A stretch of 64,000 nt of DNA, from assembly GCF_006345805.1 (NCBI RefSeq), contig NC_042998.1, positions 22,816,001 through 22,880,000 of the forward strand, in the 5' to 3' direction. The notes under the pieces are model-generated. The model searched no databases. It was given only the letters and a program-made list of their open reading frames with translations, and was not told where the DNA came from. How positions within the stretch are numbered: position 1 is the first letter of the stretch; each line of letters opens with the position of its first letter. This DNA is from Octopus sinensis (lineage: Eukaryota). Below, piece after piece: positions 11,869 through 23,217 of the stretch. A program made the position numbers and the translations under genes.

Positions 11869-13237
11869 TTTACATTATTCTGACTATGGCAGCTTTCAAA
11901 GAATCTTTGGTGTTATGGGCATGTTCATTGATCTCTCTCTCAACGACGCTCCACATGTAATAGTCCAATTGATTGAGATCTGGGGAATTAGGAGGCCAAA
12001 TTTTAGGGGTTACGTGGTCATGAAAATTTTCAACTATCCATTCCTGTGTTACTGAAGCCATGTGTGATAGTGCAGAGTCTTACTGAAACACATATGGCCT
12101 TCCATTGCATACACTGTCTATCCAGGGCTTAACAATTTTTTCCAGGACCCCAAAGTAGGCGGCAGATTTAACTCTAAGGCCTGTGGAAAGAAGTAAGGAG
12201 GCATGACATGTCCTTCATTGCAGACAACCCTAGAAACCATGAAAGTTTACAGGAAATTTTGTATGCATAACACGTGGAACTTCTGAAGGCTCTGCACATA
12301 AACGTCTGTCATTTCTTCTGTTAACTTTTAGTTTGTTAACTTTTAGTTTGTTTAGGAGAATTTTAGATCTGACTCTCTCTTTTACTCTTTTATTTGTTTC
12401 AGTCATTTGACTGCGGCCATGCTGGAGCACCGCCTTTAGTCGAGCAAATCGACCCCGGGACTTCTTTGTAAGCCCAGTACTTATTCTATCGGTCTCTTTT
12501 GCCGAACCGCTAAGTGACGGGGACGTAAACACACCAGCATCGGTTGTCAAGCAACGCTAGGGGGACAAACACAGGCACACACACACATACATATATATAT
12601 ATACATATATACGACAGGCTTCTTTCAGTTTCCGTCTACTAAATCCACTCACAAGGCATTGGTCGGTCCGGGGCTATAGTAGAAGACACTTGCCCAAGGT
12701 GCCACGCAGTGGGACTGAACCCGGAACCATGTGGATGGTTAGCAAGCTACTTACCACACAGCCACTCAGTGATTTTCTTTTGATTTTTCCGACAATTTGA
12801 CCTTTCCTCATCATATAAAACTTATATCTGATGTCTTCGTAGGGAAACATTTCTGACTGTTTCTTCTGACACATGGAGATCTTTTGCAATTGACCTCATG
12901 GACTTTCTGGGATTGTAATCAATGGTCTGTTGAACTTGCTGGATAAATTCGGGTGTTCTGATTATTTCAGAGCGTTTAGAATGCTTTTTATGCTTTGATA
13001 CTGGTGATACGCTCCCATCTTCAGTCTCTAGCTCTGTACAAAGTATATAGAAGAAAGATCTGGCAACTTTTAAAAATCAAAATATTTCTAAATCGCCATG
13101 TTCAGCATGCCTCTTCATTTCTTGAGTAAGCTGAGGGTCTGCCATTATTATTTTCTGAAACAAAGATTATACAGAGTTAGCAAATAATGCAGCAATGACC
13201 AAAAGAATGTATGTCCTCAAATAACTTACGCACCCTG
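11866..13237 (-). mobile_element. Decayed DD37D (maT-type) Tc1/mariner element, interrupted by a SINE
   Basis: TIR cagggtgcgtaag with TA at 13238-39. Relic peptides IRTPEFIQQVQQTID..KSMRSIAKDL, NRRNDRRLCAEPSEVPRVMHTKFP and WPPNSPDLNQLDYYMWS. Confidence 0.8.
12376..12768 (-). mobile_element. Family-B CORE-like SINE, full length
   Basis: tRNA head (gtggctgtgtggtaag..gggttcagtccc), CORE-like ggcaccttgggcaagtgtc, microsatellite linker and 3' body. Confidence 0.9.
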
Positions 13238-13256
13238 TAGATACACACACACACAT

Positions 13257-13287
<31 letters not shown>

Positions 13288-13298
13288 CACACACACAC

Positions 13299-13455
13299 GA
13301 GGGGCTTCTTTCAGTTTCCGTCTACCAAATTTATTCACGAGGCTTTGGTCGGCCCAAGGCTATAGGAGAAGACACTTGCCCAAGGTGTCATGCAGTGGGA
13401 CTGAACCCTGAACCATGTAATTGGTAAGTAAGCTACTTAACACACAGCCACATCT
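13299..13455 (-). mobile_element. Family-B SINE 5' half
   Basis: Homology. Confidence 0.8.
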
Positions 13456-13497
13456 GCGCCTGTATTCCACACCTGCGCCTATATATATGTACGTATG

Positions 13498-13532
<35 letters not shown>

Positions 13533-14844
13533 GCACACATTCATGATATGAATATGAGTGTCAGTATGTCTGTATGTATAACACATTCACTCGCGCATGC
13601 GCGCACGCATTCACACACGCTAATTCTTTCGATATTGGGTCATCTTTTCCGTTATCTGAACCAAAGTCTGTGTACACACATATATATAAACACACACTCA
13701 TAAACATCTCTCTCTTTCTTCCTTTATATTTCTCTTTCCCTTCCTCTCTCTCTCTTCCTCTCTCTCTTTCTCCCTCTCTTTTTCATATATCTATAGTATA
13801 TACGCATCTTTCATATTATGTCCACAATATATACGCACGCACACACACACACATTCATTCCTATTAAGATCAATAACATTATCATCGTCATCATCGTCAT
13901 CATCGTCGTGTTTATCAACCCGTAGCTAATGTAATGCTTATTTATTATCCTCAGCTGTACGTTCCAATTTTCGATTTCGGGGTCATCCTCTCAGACTCTC
14001 AGTACCAAAGTTATCAATCCGCCTTGTTATTTATTTGTTTCAAAGTCACGCACGTAACCAGATGCTTTCACTACGTTCCTCTTCTCCCTTTGCCCTGAAG
14101 GCACCAACACATGAAGTTCTGTCGTTCGTCTGGTAGTATCGTGGCAGATTTTCTTTGGGTATGTCCAATACTTGTCAATCTTCTTTCTTTGATTTCCTCT
14201 CCAGCAGGAAGTTGTTATTTTACTCAGCCAATGGTCGTTTGTATCGCTGATAATATCAGGAGAGCAAATTTGGCAGTATTTTCGTTTTCTTTTTTAATTA
14301 ATTTTTTTAAAGAGATCTGTTTATCTCTAGATGATGGCTGGTTTTGTCGGCCACATTTCCGCTCCCATATAGCAGGATCTAACTCTCAAACGACATAGCC
14401 TCTGTTATTCTTCTTAAAAATCTGGATTTTATTGAGATATAAAAATGTAAGCATACTAGTCCCGTTTTTAACACAAACGCTAAAACAGGATACCGCGGTA
14501 GACCGCACGCTAATGTAGCACCAACATCGGTTCTAACACCGACATCTCTATCTGTGTTGCTGTCACCGAACATAGATCAAATAAGTGAAAGGCGAAACCA
14601 GCGAAAAAGTTTCTTCCAGGTTGATGAACTTGGCAAAAAATAGCAGCTGAATCTCCCTCAAATTCCATCCCACAGCTGTAATAAAATATATGTTGGGTAT
14701 ATGCAGTCAGCAATGGGAGATCCTTGAGTTGGCTGCTTTCTCTTGGCAATCAATAGTTACGTTCAATGTTTGACGGCCGGCGAAGATGCGCGGGTGTGTG
14801 TGCATGTGTTTGTGTACGGGTTTTATTATATATATAATAAGAGA

Positions 14845-15208
14845 CTAGCACTATGAACCGGCAACGCCGGGTCATAGTGCTAGTGCATGCATATGCAGCT
14901 GCGTGCGTGCACACATACACGTGAGTACTGTCCAAATCTCCGACCAATCACATACAGCTAGCTGGCATTCAATTGGCGTATCAAGTTTCGGGCATTTTGA
15001 TTGGGTTTTGGATAGAAAATTTACAAAAAAGTCACTTCTATTGATTTTTTAATGGCTTTGCGGGGTGACTGGGGAAATGTAAAGGTGTGCACGACCACCC
15101 TTGGACGGTTTTGAATGACCATAGAAAGTTCGAGCCCTCTAACTGAAAAATTGTGGATTTGTATAAAGGACACACACGCAGACATTTTGTCGTTTATATA
15201 TAGAGAGA
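14845..15208 (-). mobile_element. Non-autonomous Helitron (364 bp)
   Basis: On the minus strand: A|TC 5' end at 15208, subterminal hairpin cccggc-gtt-gccgg, CTAG|T 3' end at 14845, no TSD. Confidence 0.75.
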
Positions 15209-15222
15209 TACGTTTATGTACA

Positions 15223-15452
15223 GGCGGCGAACTGGCAGACACGTTAGCACACCGGGCGAAATGCTTAGCGGTATTTCGTCTGCCGTTACGTTCTGGGTTC
15301 AAATTCCGCCGAGGTCGACTTTGCCTTTCATCCTTTCGGGGGTCGATAAATAAAGTACCAGTTTCGCACTGGGGTCGATGTAATCGACTTAATCCGTTTG
15401 TCTGTCCTTGTTTGTCCCCTCTGTGTTTAGCCCCTTGTGGGTAGTAAAGAAA
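15223..15452 (+). mobile_element. Family-A tRNA SINE
   Basis: Full-length, near consensus of the other copies. Confidence 0.9.
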
Positions 15453-15590
15453 TATATATACGTGTGTGTGTGTGTGTGTGTGTGTAATAAAAATGTTGGA
15501 GATTAAGGAAATCAGCTCTCCATGCAAAATCTAGAAAAACATTATTATAGAAAGGAAAACGAACTCAAAAATACCTAAATTATATGCATA

Positions 15591-15635
<45 letters not shown>

Positions 15636-15796
15636 ATATGTATATATATATATTGATAGAAATGGTAAGACAACAAAAGAATGAAAGAGACCTAGATATT
15701 ATATAAATAGAGGAATTTATCTGTAAATATAATATGTGACAATTATTATGTCTTCAGTTATCGGGCCATCGAAAAAAGCATTTTTTTCGATGGCCC

Positions 15797-15857
15797 GATA
15801 ACTGAAGAGATGGCGGCGTGGGTTTCCGCCCCGACATCCGAAACTCGGGGTTTTATC
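15797..15857 (+). ncRNA. Type-I hammerhead ribozyme motif (Penelope-like terminal repeat)
   Basis: Stem I gataa/ttatc, CUGAAGA, stem II gatg/catc with inner ggcgg/ccgcc, one extra C, GAAA, C-G closing stem III, GUU site at 15850-52. Confidence 0.65.
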
Positions 15858-15924
15858 ATGGCTACCGAATAATTGTCAGCCACTACACATTCTTTGTATT
15901 CTCTCCTTGTTTCTTTCTGTGTTC

Positions 15925-15960
15925 CTTTCTGTGGAAGAGCGTAGGCTCGAAACGTTAAAG
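15925..15960 (+). ncRNA. Minimal type-I hammerhead motif with CUGUGGA core
   Basis: cttt-CTGTGGA-A-gagc-gtag-gctc-GAAA-CGT-T-aaag. Confidence 0.6.
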
Positions 15961-16013
15961 ACTTTTTCAATTCCCGAACGTTATACTAATACATCTTCGT
16001 CTTTGGGTTTTTT

Positions 16014-16098
<85 letters not shown>

Positions 16099-16276
16099 AT
16101 AGAAATGGCAAGACAACAAAAGAATGAAAGAGACCGAGATATTATATATTTTACCGGCATCCTCTCTGTCGCCGGAAATAAACTGCATCTGCGCAGTGGA
16201 TTTGAAAAGTTAGAATATACAGGCAGCGAGTTTACATGCGGATCTAGTTGTGTGTATATTTAAAATCTAAAGGCTA

Positions 16277-16345
16277 CCTACTGATGAAGACTGGCCCCAG
16301 TAAATATATTTTTTTATTGAAATTAGTCAGAAACCATGGTCTAGG
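16277..16345 (+). ncRNA. Type-I hammerhead motif with palindromic stem III
   Basis: ccta-CTGATGA-a-gact...agtc-a-GAAA-CCATG-GTC-tagg; stem III is ACCATGGT. Confidence 0.6.
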
Positions 16346-16467
16346 AACTAGATTAGATGGTAAATGTTTTTAATTTTCCCTAATTTGTGGTTTGAGTTTT
16401 CTACTGCTCTTTCTAGCACAAGGCTTTCCTATTTGGAAGCCTCTTAAACGTGTTTTAATGTACACGA

Positions 16468-16499
<32 letters not shown>

Positions 16500-16502
<3 letters not shown>

Positions 16503-16800
16503 TTTATCGTTTCTATTGGTATACAAAGCGTCACCAGTCTTTTCGTTCATATCTTGGAATGTCTTTGTTGAATGCAGCTTCATCTTTTTGAGAACAATCA
16601 TGGCATTTAAAAAAATGGCTCTTGTTCTTGTCCCTATGCCAAGGGTCAAGATCTTACAAATATTGCTTCAGCTTCGTTAGTTTCACTGAATGTGTTTTTT
16701 CAAAGCTTTCATGGCACATTAAGGCCTTTTCTTGCGTTTGAGAGTGATAGATATAAATCTATATTGAATATACGAATCAAACATTGATAGGTTCGAAATT
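16500..16800 (-). pseudogene. hAT (Buster/Charlie-type) transposase N-terminal relic
   Basis: YIQYRFISI...RP*CA, VKLTKLKQYL and LKKMKLHSTKTFQDMNEK resemble the YxQYGFtSi..kPqCv / mKpaKLKqhL BED-finger region. Frameshifted. Confidence 0.6.
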
Positions 16801-17237
16801 CTCTACATAAAAAAGCAAGAATAAAGTAATGATAATTAAAAATGGAACATTTCCACAGATAAGAGAGCGAAATATTTATCATTATTTTTAATTTCATTTG
16901 TGACATTCAAAAAACAGCAATGGATGTCACGATTCACATTAGAACAAGCAACAAGCTACAATCCCACAAATGGAAAGTATTCTACACCAAAAAGGTCTCC
17001 AGCGCTTTTTGGCACCACAGCCTGATTTCATGCAGGACCAGGGAACCACCTTGAAGCATTTTTGATGACCAAACTGACCTTAGTACTTGTTATTTTTTTT
17101 TTTTTGAAGCCATGTATTTATTCTGTTGGTCTCTGTTGGACATAAACACGCCAACATCGGTTGTTAAGTGCTGGTGGGAGACAAACCAAGCATAAAGACA
17201 CACACACATACACACATACTGATATATATATATATAT

Positions 17238-17625
17238 ACTCTTTACTCTTTTACTTGTTTCAGTCATGTGACTGTGGCCATGCTGGAGCACCGCCTTTAG
17301 TCGATCAAATCGACCCCAGGACTTATCCTTTGTAAGCCTAGTACTTATTTTATCGGTCTCTTTTTTGCCGAACCGCTAAGTTACGGGGACGTAAACACAC
17401 CAGCATCGGTTGTCAAGCGATGTTGGGGGGACAAACACAGACAAACACGCACACACATATACATACAACGGGCTTCTTTCAGTTTCCGTCTACCAAATCC
17501 ACTCACAAGGCTTTGGTCAGCCCGAGGCTATAGTAGAAGACACTTACCCAAGGTGCCACGCAGTGGGACTGAACCCGGAACCATGTGGTTCGTAAGCAAG
17601 CTACTTCCCACACAGCCACTCCTAC
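17238..17625 (-). mobile_element. Family-B SINE, full length
   Basis: Homology. Confidence 0.9.
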
Positions 17626-17626
17626 G

Positions 17627-17671
<45 letters not shown>

Positions 17672-17846
17672 TCATCATCATCATCATCATCATCGTTTAA
17701 CGTCCGCTTTCCATGCTAGCATGGGTTGGACGGTTCAACTGGGGTCTGGGGAGCCCGAAGGCTGCATCAGGCCAGTCAGATCTGGCAGTGTTTCTACAGC
17801 TGGATGCCCTTCCTAACGCCAACCACTCCGAGAGTGTAGTGGGTGA

Positions 17847-18285
17847 TTTTATGTGCCACCGACACAGGTGCCAGACGAGGCTGGCGAACGGCCACGCTCG
17901 GATGTGTTTTTATGTGCCAACCGACACAGGTGCCAGACGGGGCTGGCAGACGGCCACGCTCCGATGGTGTTTTTATGTGCCACCGACACAGGTGCCAGAC
18001 GAGGCTGGCAGATGGCCACGCTCCGATGGTGTTTTTATGTGCCACCGACACAGGTGCCAGACGAGGCTGGCAGATGGCCACGCTCCGATGGTGTTTTTAT
18101 GTGCCAACCGACACAGGTGCCAGACGAGGCTGGCAGACGGCCACGCTCGGATGGTGTTTTTATGTGCCACCGACACAGGTCCAGACGAGGCTGGCAGACG
18201 GCCACGCTCGGATGGTGTTTTTATGTGCCACCGACACAGGTGCCAGACGAGGCTGGCAGACGGCCACGCTCGGACGGTGTTTGTT
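17847..18285. repeat. ~62-bp tandem array (7 units) in the RTE 3' UTR
   Basis: Units at 17851, 17912, 17975, 18037, 18099, 18162 and 18223. Confidence 0.95.
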
Positions 18286-18542
18286 ACGTGCCCACAGCAC
18301 GGAGGCCAGTCGATGCGGTACTGGCTACGGTCCCGTTCGGATGGTTTTCTTATGTGCCACTGGCACTGGTACCACAAGGATACAAATTCCATTGATGTTC
18401 ATCTATTTTGATTTGGTTTGACTTGATTCGATTTGACTTTGCTTTGATTTGCCTCAACAGGTCTTCACAAGTGTCACAAGCAGGAAGGTATGCACAGGCG
18501 GATTGACTACGTCCTAGGTAGGGGCCACAGGTTATGGCTTCA

Positions 18543-20800
18543 CTAGTCTTGCCGGGTCTTCTCACGCACAGCATACTTCCATAGGTCTCGGTCTCTAGTC
18601 ATTTCCATGGTGAGACCTAATGTTCGAAGGTCGTGCTTCACCACCTCGTCCCAGGTTTTCCTGGGTCTACCTCTTCCACGGGTTCCCTCAACTGCTAGGG
18701 ATTGGCACTTTCTCACACACCTATCTTCATCCATTCTCGCCACATGACCATACCATCGCAATCGTCTCTCTTGCACACAACAACTGATGCTTCTTAGGTA
18801 CAACATTTCTCTTAGGGAACTAACACTCTGTCGAGTATGTACACTGACATTACACATCCATCGGAGAATACTGGCTTCATTCCTCATGAGCTTACGCATG
18901 TCCTCAGCAGTCACGGCCCATGTTTCACTGCCATGTAGCATGGCAGTTCGAACACATGCATCATACAGTCTGCCCTTTACTCTGAGCGAGAGGCCTTTAG
19001 TCACCAGCAGAGGTAAGAGCTCCCTAAACTTTGCCCAGGCTATTCTTATTCTAGCAGTTACACTCTCAGCGCACCCACCCCCACTACTGACTTGGTCACC
19101 TAGATAACGGAAGCTATCAACTACTTCTAATTTTTCCCCCTGGAAGTGACGGAAGTTGTTTTCTGCAGATTTTCGGAGGTCAATGCTCCCGAGCATCTGC
19201 CACATATAAAGACTATCTTCCCAGTTAGCCTACCTTTGACATTGCTGCACCTCTTATGTGTCCATAGCTTACACTGGGTACATCTTATAGAGTTTCTACC
19301 TACACCTTTTCTACAGATCGAGCAGGGCCATCTTCCTGAGGACATTTGTGGATTGCCTACCTTTCTACTTATTAGTACTTTGGTTTTAGCTAGGTTGACT
19401 CTAAGGCCCCTCGATTCTAAACCCTCCTTCCACACCTGGAACTTCTCCTCCAGTTCTGATAGTGACTCAGCAATTAGAGCGAGGTCGTCAGCATAGAGGA
19501 GCTCCCAGGGGCAACCTGTCTTGAATTCCTCTGTTATTGCCTGGAGGACTATGATAAATAGGAGGGGGCTGAGTACTGAACCCTGGTGGACCCCAAACTC
19601 TAATTTGAATTCTTCTGTGTACATGTTGCCAACCCTAACCTTGCTTACGGCATCTCTGTACATGGCTTGCACAGCCCTCACCAGCCATTCATCTATCCCT
19701 AGTTTCCTCATTGACCACCAGATGAGGGATCGGGGACCCTATCAAAGGCTTTCTCCATGTCAACGAAAGCCAGGTACAGGGGCTTATCTTTGGCTAGGTA
19801 TTTCTCCTGCAGCTGCCTTACCAGGAATATAGCATCAGTGGTGCTTTTCCCTGGCACAAACCCAAACTGCATCTCATCTAAACTAACTCTCTCTCTAATT
19901 AGTTGGGCTATGACCCTCTCCGTAACCTTCATTACCTGATCCAACAGCTTGATACCTCTGTAATTATTTGTATCTAGGGCATCACCTTTACCTTTGTAGC
20001 AGTTGACTAGTACGCTGCTACACCAGTCATTGGGTATGACTCCTTCGTGTATCACCTGGTTGACTATACGGGTGACTAGGTTATAGCCGACACTGCCAGA
20101 TATTTTGAGCATCTCTGCAGTAATTCCTGATAAGCCTGGGGCTTTCCCTGTCTTCATGCTTCTAATTGCCTTAGCTACCACGGAACTATCAACTCGGATA
20201 GCTGGTCCCTCTGTTGGGTCAACATTCGGCAGGCTCTCTTTATCCCATTCATTTTCTTTATTCAGCAACCTTTCATAGTGGCATCTCCAGACCTCTCTCT
20301 TTGCGTCCTCATTTAGCGCAAGTGAACCATCATCCATGCGAACACACTTCTCTCCTACCACATCACGATTCTCTCTCACACACTGTCTTGCAACACGAAA
20401 TACCTCAAGTCTTTCATCCTCACGGCGCAGAACATTGGCAAATTTTTTCTTATCCGCTTCCCCTCTGGCTAAATAAACCTGTCTCCTAGCTTCCCTTCTG
20501 GCTGTCTGATACAATTCCCTGCTACCACCGTTCTTCAGTCCTTCCAAGCCTGTCTCTTTTGTCTAATAGCCCTGTCCCACAGTGTTCCACCACCATGTTA
20601 CTCTGGGTTGAGATGGTACTTTGCTCCATCCACAGATCTGGTCAGTGGCTGTCAGCAGATTGTCCCGTAGAAATCTCCAGTTCTTCCACATTAAGTGAAG
20701 CTATATCCCCTTCTATTTCGTCAAAGGCTTCGAGTAGTATGTCTCTAAATCTCTGTCCATTTGCAGGATCTTTAAGCTTCCAGACCCTTCTCCTCCAAGC
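18543..20800 (-). pseudogene. RTE ORF2 reverse transcriptase with embedded PHD finger, frameshifted
   Basis: ORFs 19708-20547, 19127-19711 and 18543-19205 join at homopolymer frameshifts near 19735 and 19140. Confidence 0.9.
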
Positions 20801-20807
20801 AGGTCTT

Positions 20808-21025
20808 ATATATATAAAGTTAATCCAAACATGAAAACACAAAGAGAAAACACAACTACGCAAGGACGTGGAACAAGTATAGTATTATTGGACGCTCAGG
20901 AAAGGAAAGAAAGAAGGAGGATTTAACGTTTCGTGCGGAACTCTTCGTCAAAAACATAGGAAAAGGAAAGATCCAAGGAAGGGAAGATGCAGGGAAAAAA
21001 TCGCCAACGGTACACACGCGGTCAC

Positions 21026-21028
<3 letters not shown>
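20808..21028 (-). mobile_element. Penelope-like terminal-repeat fragment with a degenerate hammerhead (20921-20955)
   Basis: Minus strand ttt-TTGACGA-A-gagt-tcc-gcac-GAAA-CGT-T-aaa. A truncated sister copy lies at 42960-43060. Confidence 0.6.
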
Positions 21029-21067
<39 letters not shown>

Positions 21068-21070
<3 letters not shown>

Positions 21071-21318
21071 TCTTTTGCTTGTTTCAGTCATTTGACTGTG
21101 GCCATGCTGGAGCACCGCATTTTAGTCGACCAAATCGACGCCAGGATTTATTCTTTGTAAGCTTAGTACTTATTCTATCGGTCTTTTTCACTGAACCGCT
21201 AAGTTACAGGGACGTAAACACATCAGCATCGGTTGTCAAGCGATGGTGGGGGGGCAAACATATACACACAAACATATACACACACATACATACATACATA
21301 TATATATATACATATATC

Positions 21319-21349
<31 letters not shown>

Positions 21350-21487
21350 TATATATATATACAACGGGCTTCTTTCAGTGTCCATCCACCAAATCCACTC
21401 ACAAGGCTTTGATCGGCCCAAGACTATAGTAGAAGACAGTTACCCAAGGTGCCACGCAGCGGGACTGAACCTGGAGCCATGTGGTTA
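21068..21487 (-). mobile_element. Family-B SINE
   Basis: Homology. Confidence 0.88.
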
Positions 21488-21809
21488 TATATATACGATG
21501 GTAGAATAGGAATATTTTTCAGTAATGTCATTATTTCATGTTTTTCCGTGGTTTGTTTTGATTCTTTGTTCATTTTTAGTGCTTAACCGGTGTTGGTTGA
21601 CATTGGTAGCTTTGAAACGTAAATGACGAACGATAGAAATGAGTGCTCAATACTGCATTAATGAACCTGATTTCATTCTTTGTGAATTAAGGCTGCCATT
21701 GGTTTCATGTTAAGTAAAGTAAGAAAATATCCAAGTGTCTTAATTTTTCAAGCCGATCACATGGAGACAGACATGCATACCCATAATGTAGGTCTCATGG
21801 AGATTCAGC

Positions 21810-21990
21810 ATGACACAGAGTGTGGCAAAGCTGTCCCTTTGAGTTACAGGTACAATTCATTTTTGACAGCTGAATGGACTGGAGCAACGTGAAATAAAGT
21901 GTCTTGCTCAAGAACACAAGCATCACCAGGAATCAAACTCACTGCCTTACAATCATGAACCAAATACCATAACCACTAAGCTATATGTCT
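21810..21990 (-). mobile_element. Family-D-like SINE fragment
   Basis: gtgtcttgctcaagaacac body and tRNA-like head. Confidence 0.6.
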
Positions 21991-22032
21991 TCACAGAATA
22001 CCTTGTATGTATGTTTATGTATGTTTGTATGT

Positions 22033-22320
22033 AGAAGGGACTACTGAAAAGTTCCTGGCTTTAACGGTACTGCAAAAGGCTTGGTTGGAGGCCCCACCTT
22101 CTGAGTTCTTTTACAGGACTTAGAAAAACTGAAGGACTGCTGCAATAAGTTTATGAATCTGAGCAGGGAATATGTTAATTAAAATCATAATTAACATGGT
22201 TCTGGGTTCAGTCCCACTGCGTGGCACCTTTGGCAAGTGTCTTCTACTATAACCTTGGGCCGACCAAAGCCTTGTGAGTGGATTTGGTTGACGGAAACTG
22301 AAAGAAGCCCATCGTATATA

Positions 22321-22358
<38 letters not shown>

Positions 22359-22671
22359 TATGTGTGTTTGTGTGTGTGTGTGTGTGTGTCTGTGTGTGCG
22401 TGTGTATGTTTGTGTGTCTGTGTATGTCCCATCAACATCACTTGACAACCGATGTTGGTGTGTTTACATCCCCGTCACTTTAGCAATTCGGTAAAAGAGA
22501 CTGATAGAATAAGTACTAGGCTTGCAAAGAATAAGTCCTGGGGTCGATTTGCTCGACTAAAAGGCAGTACTCCAGCATGGCCACAGTCAAATCACTGAAA
22601 CAAGTAAAAGAGTAAAAGAATAACTGATCCTTCTTTTACCCAAAATCAGGAAATTTTCAGCGCCTCCTTCG
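22033..22671 (+). mobile_element. Mariner-derived MITE interrupted by a family-B SINE (22196-22620)
   Basis: TIRs gggac..ctgaaaagttcctgg and caggaaattttcagcgcctccttcg|TA. Retains a GLEKL.D.CNK...EYV-like mariner C-terminus. A partner fragment lies at 55140-55300. Confidence 0.7.
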
Positions 22672-23029
22672 TATAGTAAATAGCTTTTGTTTGAGTTTGA
22701 ATTTCTTTTTATTAATGATTTTCAAATTTCCTTATTATATTTTTTTTTACATTTAGTTTCAGTCAATATCATTCTTAAATCTTTTAAACTTCCAAGATCT
22801 CTTCTCCTCAATGAACTGATGGCAGTGGTACCATTATTGCCGTTGTTTAACTTTTTAGCATTTAACCTAACCATATTCGGGCTCAATGCTTTATCTGCTG
22901 TTTTGTTCAATCTGGTCAGATCCAGCCTCTCACACCTACCCTACAATGTCATTCTAAGCATAAACAATCACATCATCAAAATCTCAATGCAATGAGACAA
23001 TACAAGATTATTGTGAGTAAATAAGCATT

Positions 23030-23217
23030 ATTATAATAATAATAATAATAATAAAACATTGTGTACAGTGCTCAGGTGCACTACAACTCATCTAAAGTGT
23101 ATATATAATCAGGTGTAGTTTCGGCGGATTTCGGAAAGCATGAGGGCCCTAAAGGATGCAGTGTCATGGCAGTCAACAACTGACGCAGGCAGTTTATTCC
23201 ATGCTTCAGCAACTGAC
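23030..23217 (-). mobile_element. CR1-type LINE 3' end with (ATT)n tail
   Basis: The minus strand encodes VAEAWNKLPASVVDCHDTASFRALMLSEIRRNYT*. Confidence 0.75.

Larger units (their letters stand above)
17670..20807 (-). mobile_element. RTE-clade non-LTR retrotransposon, 5'-truncated (no AP endonuclease), inserted in (TA)n
   Basis: RT motifs QFGFVPGKSTTDAIF, FVDMEKAFDRVP, GVHQGSVLSPLLF, YADD, FRYLG; RTE C-terminus RLRWYGHVARM..RGRGRPRKTW; (GAT)n tail. Confidence 0.93.

Noticed and set aside
17713-18421. Overlapping 180-232-aa ORFs
   Set aside because: Translations of the 62-bp tandem array in the RTE 3' UTR
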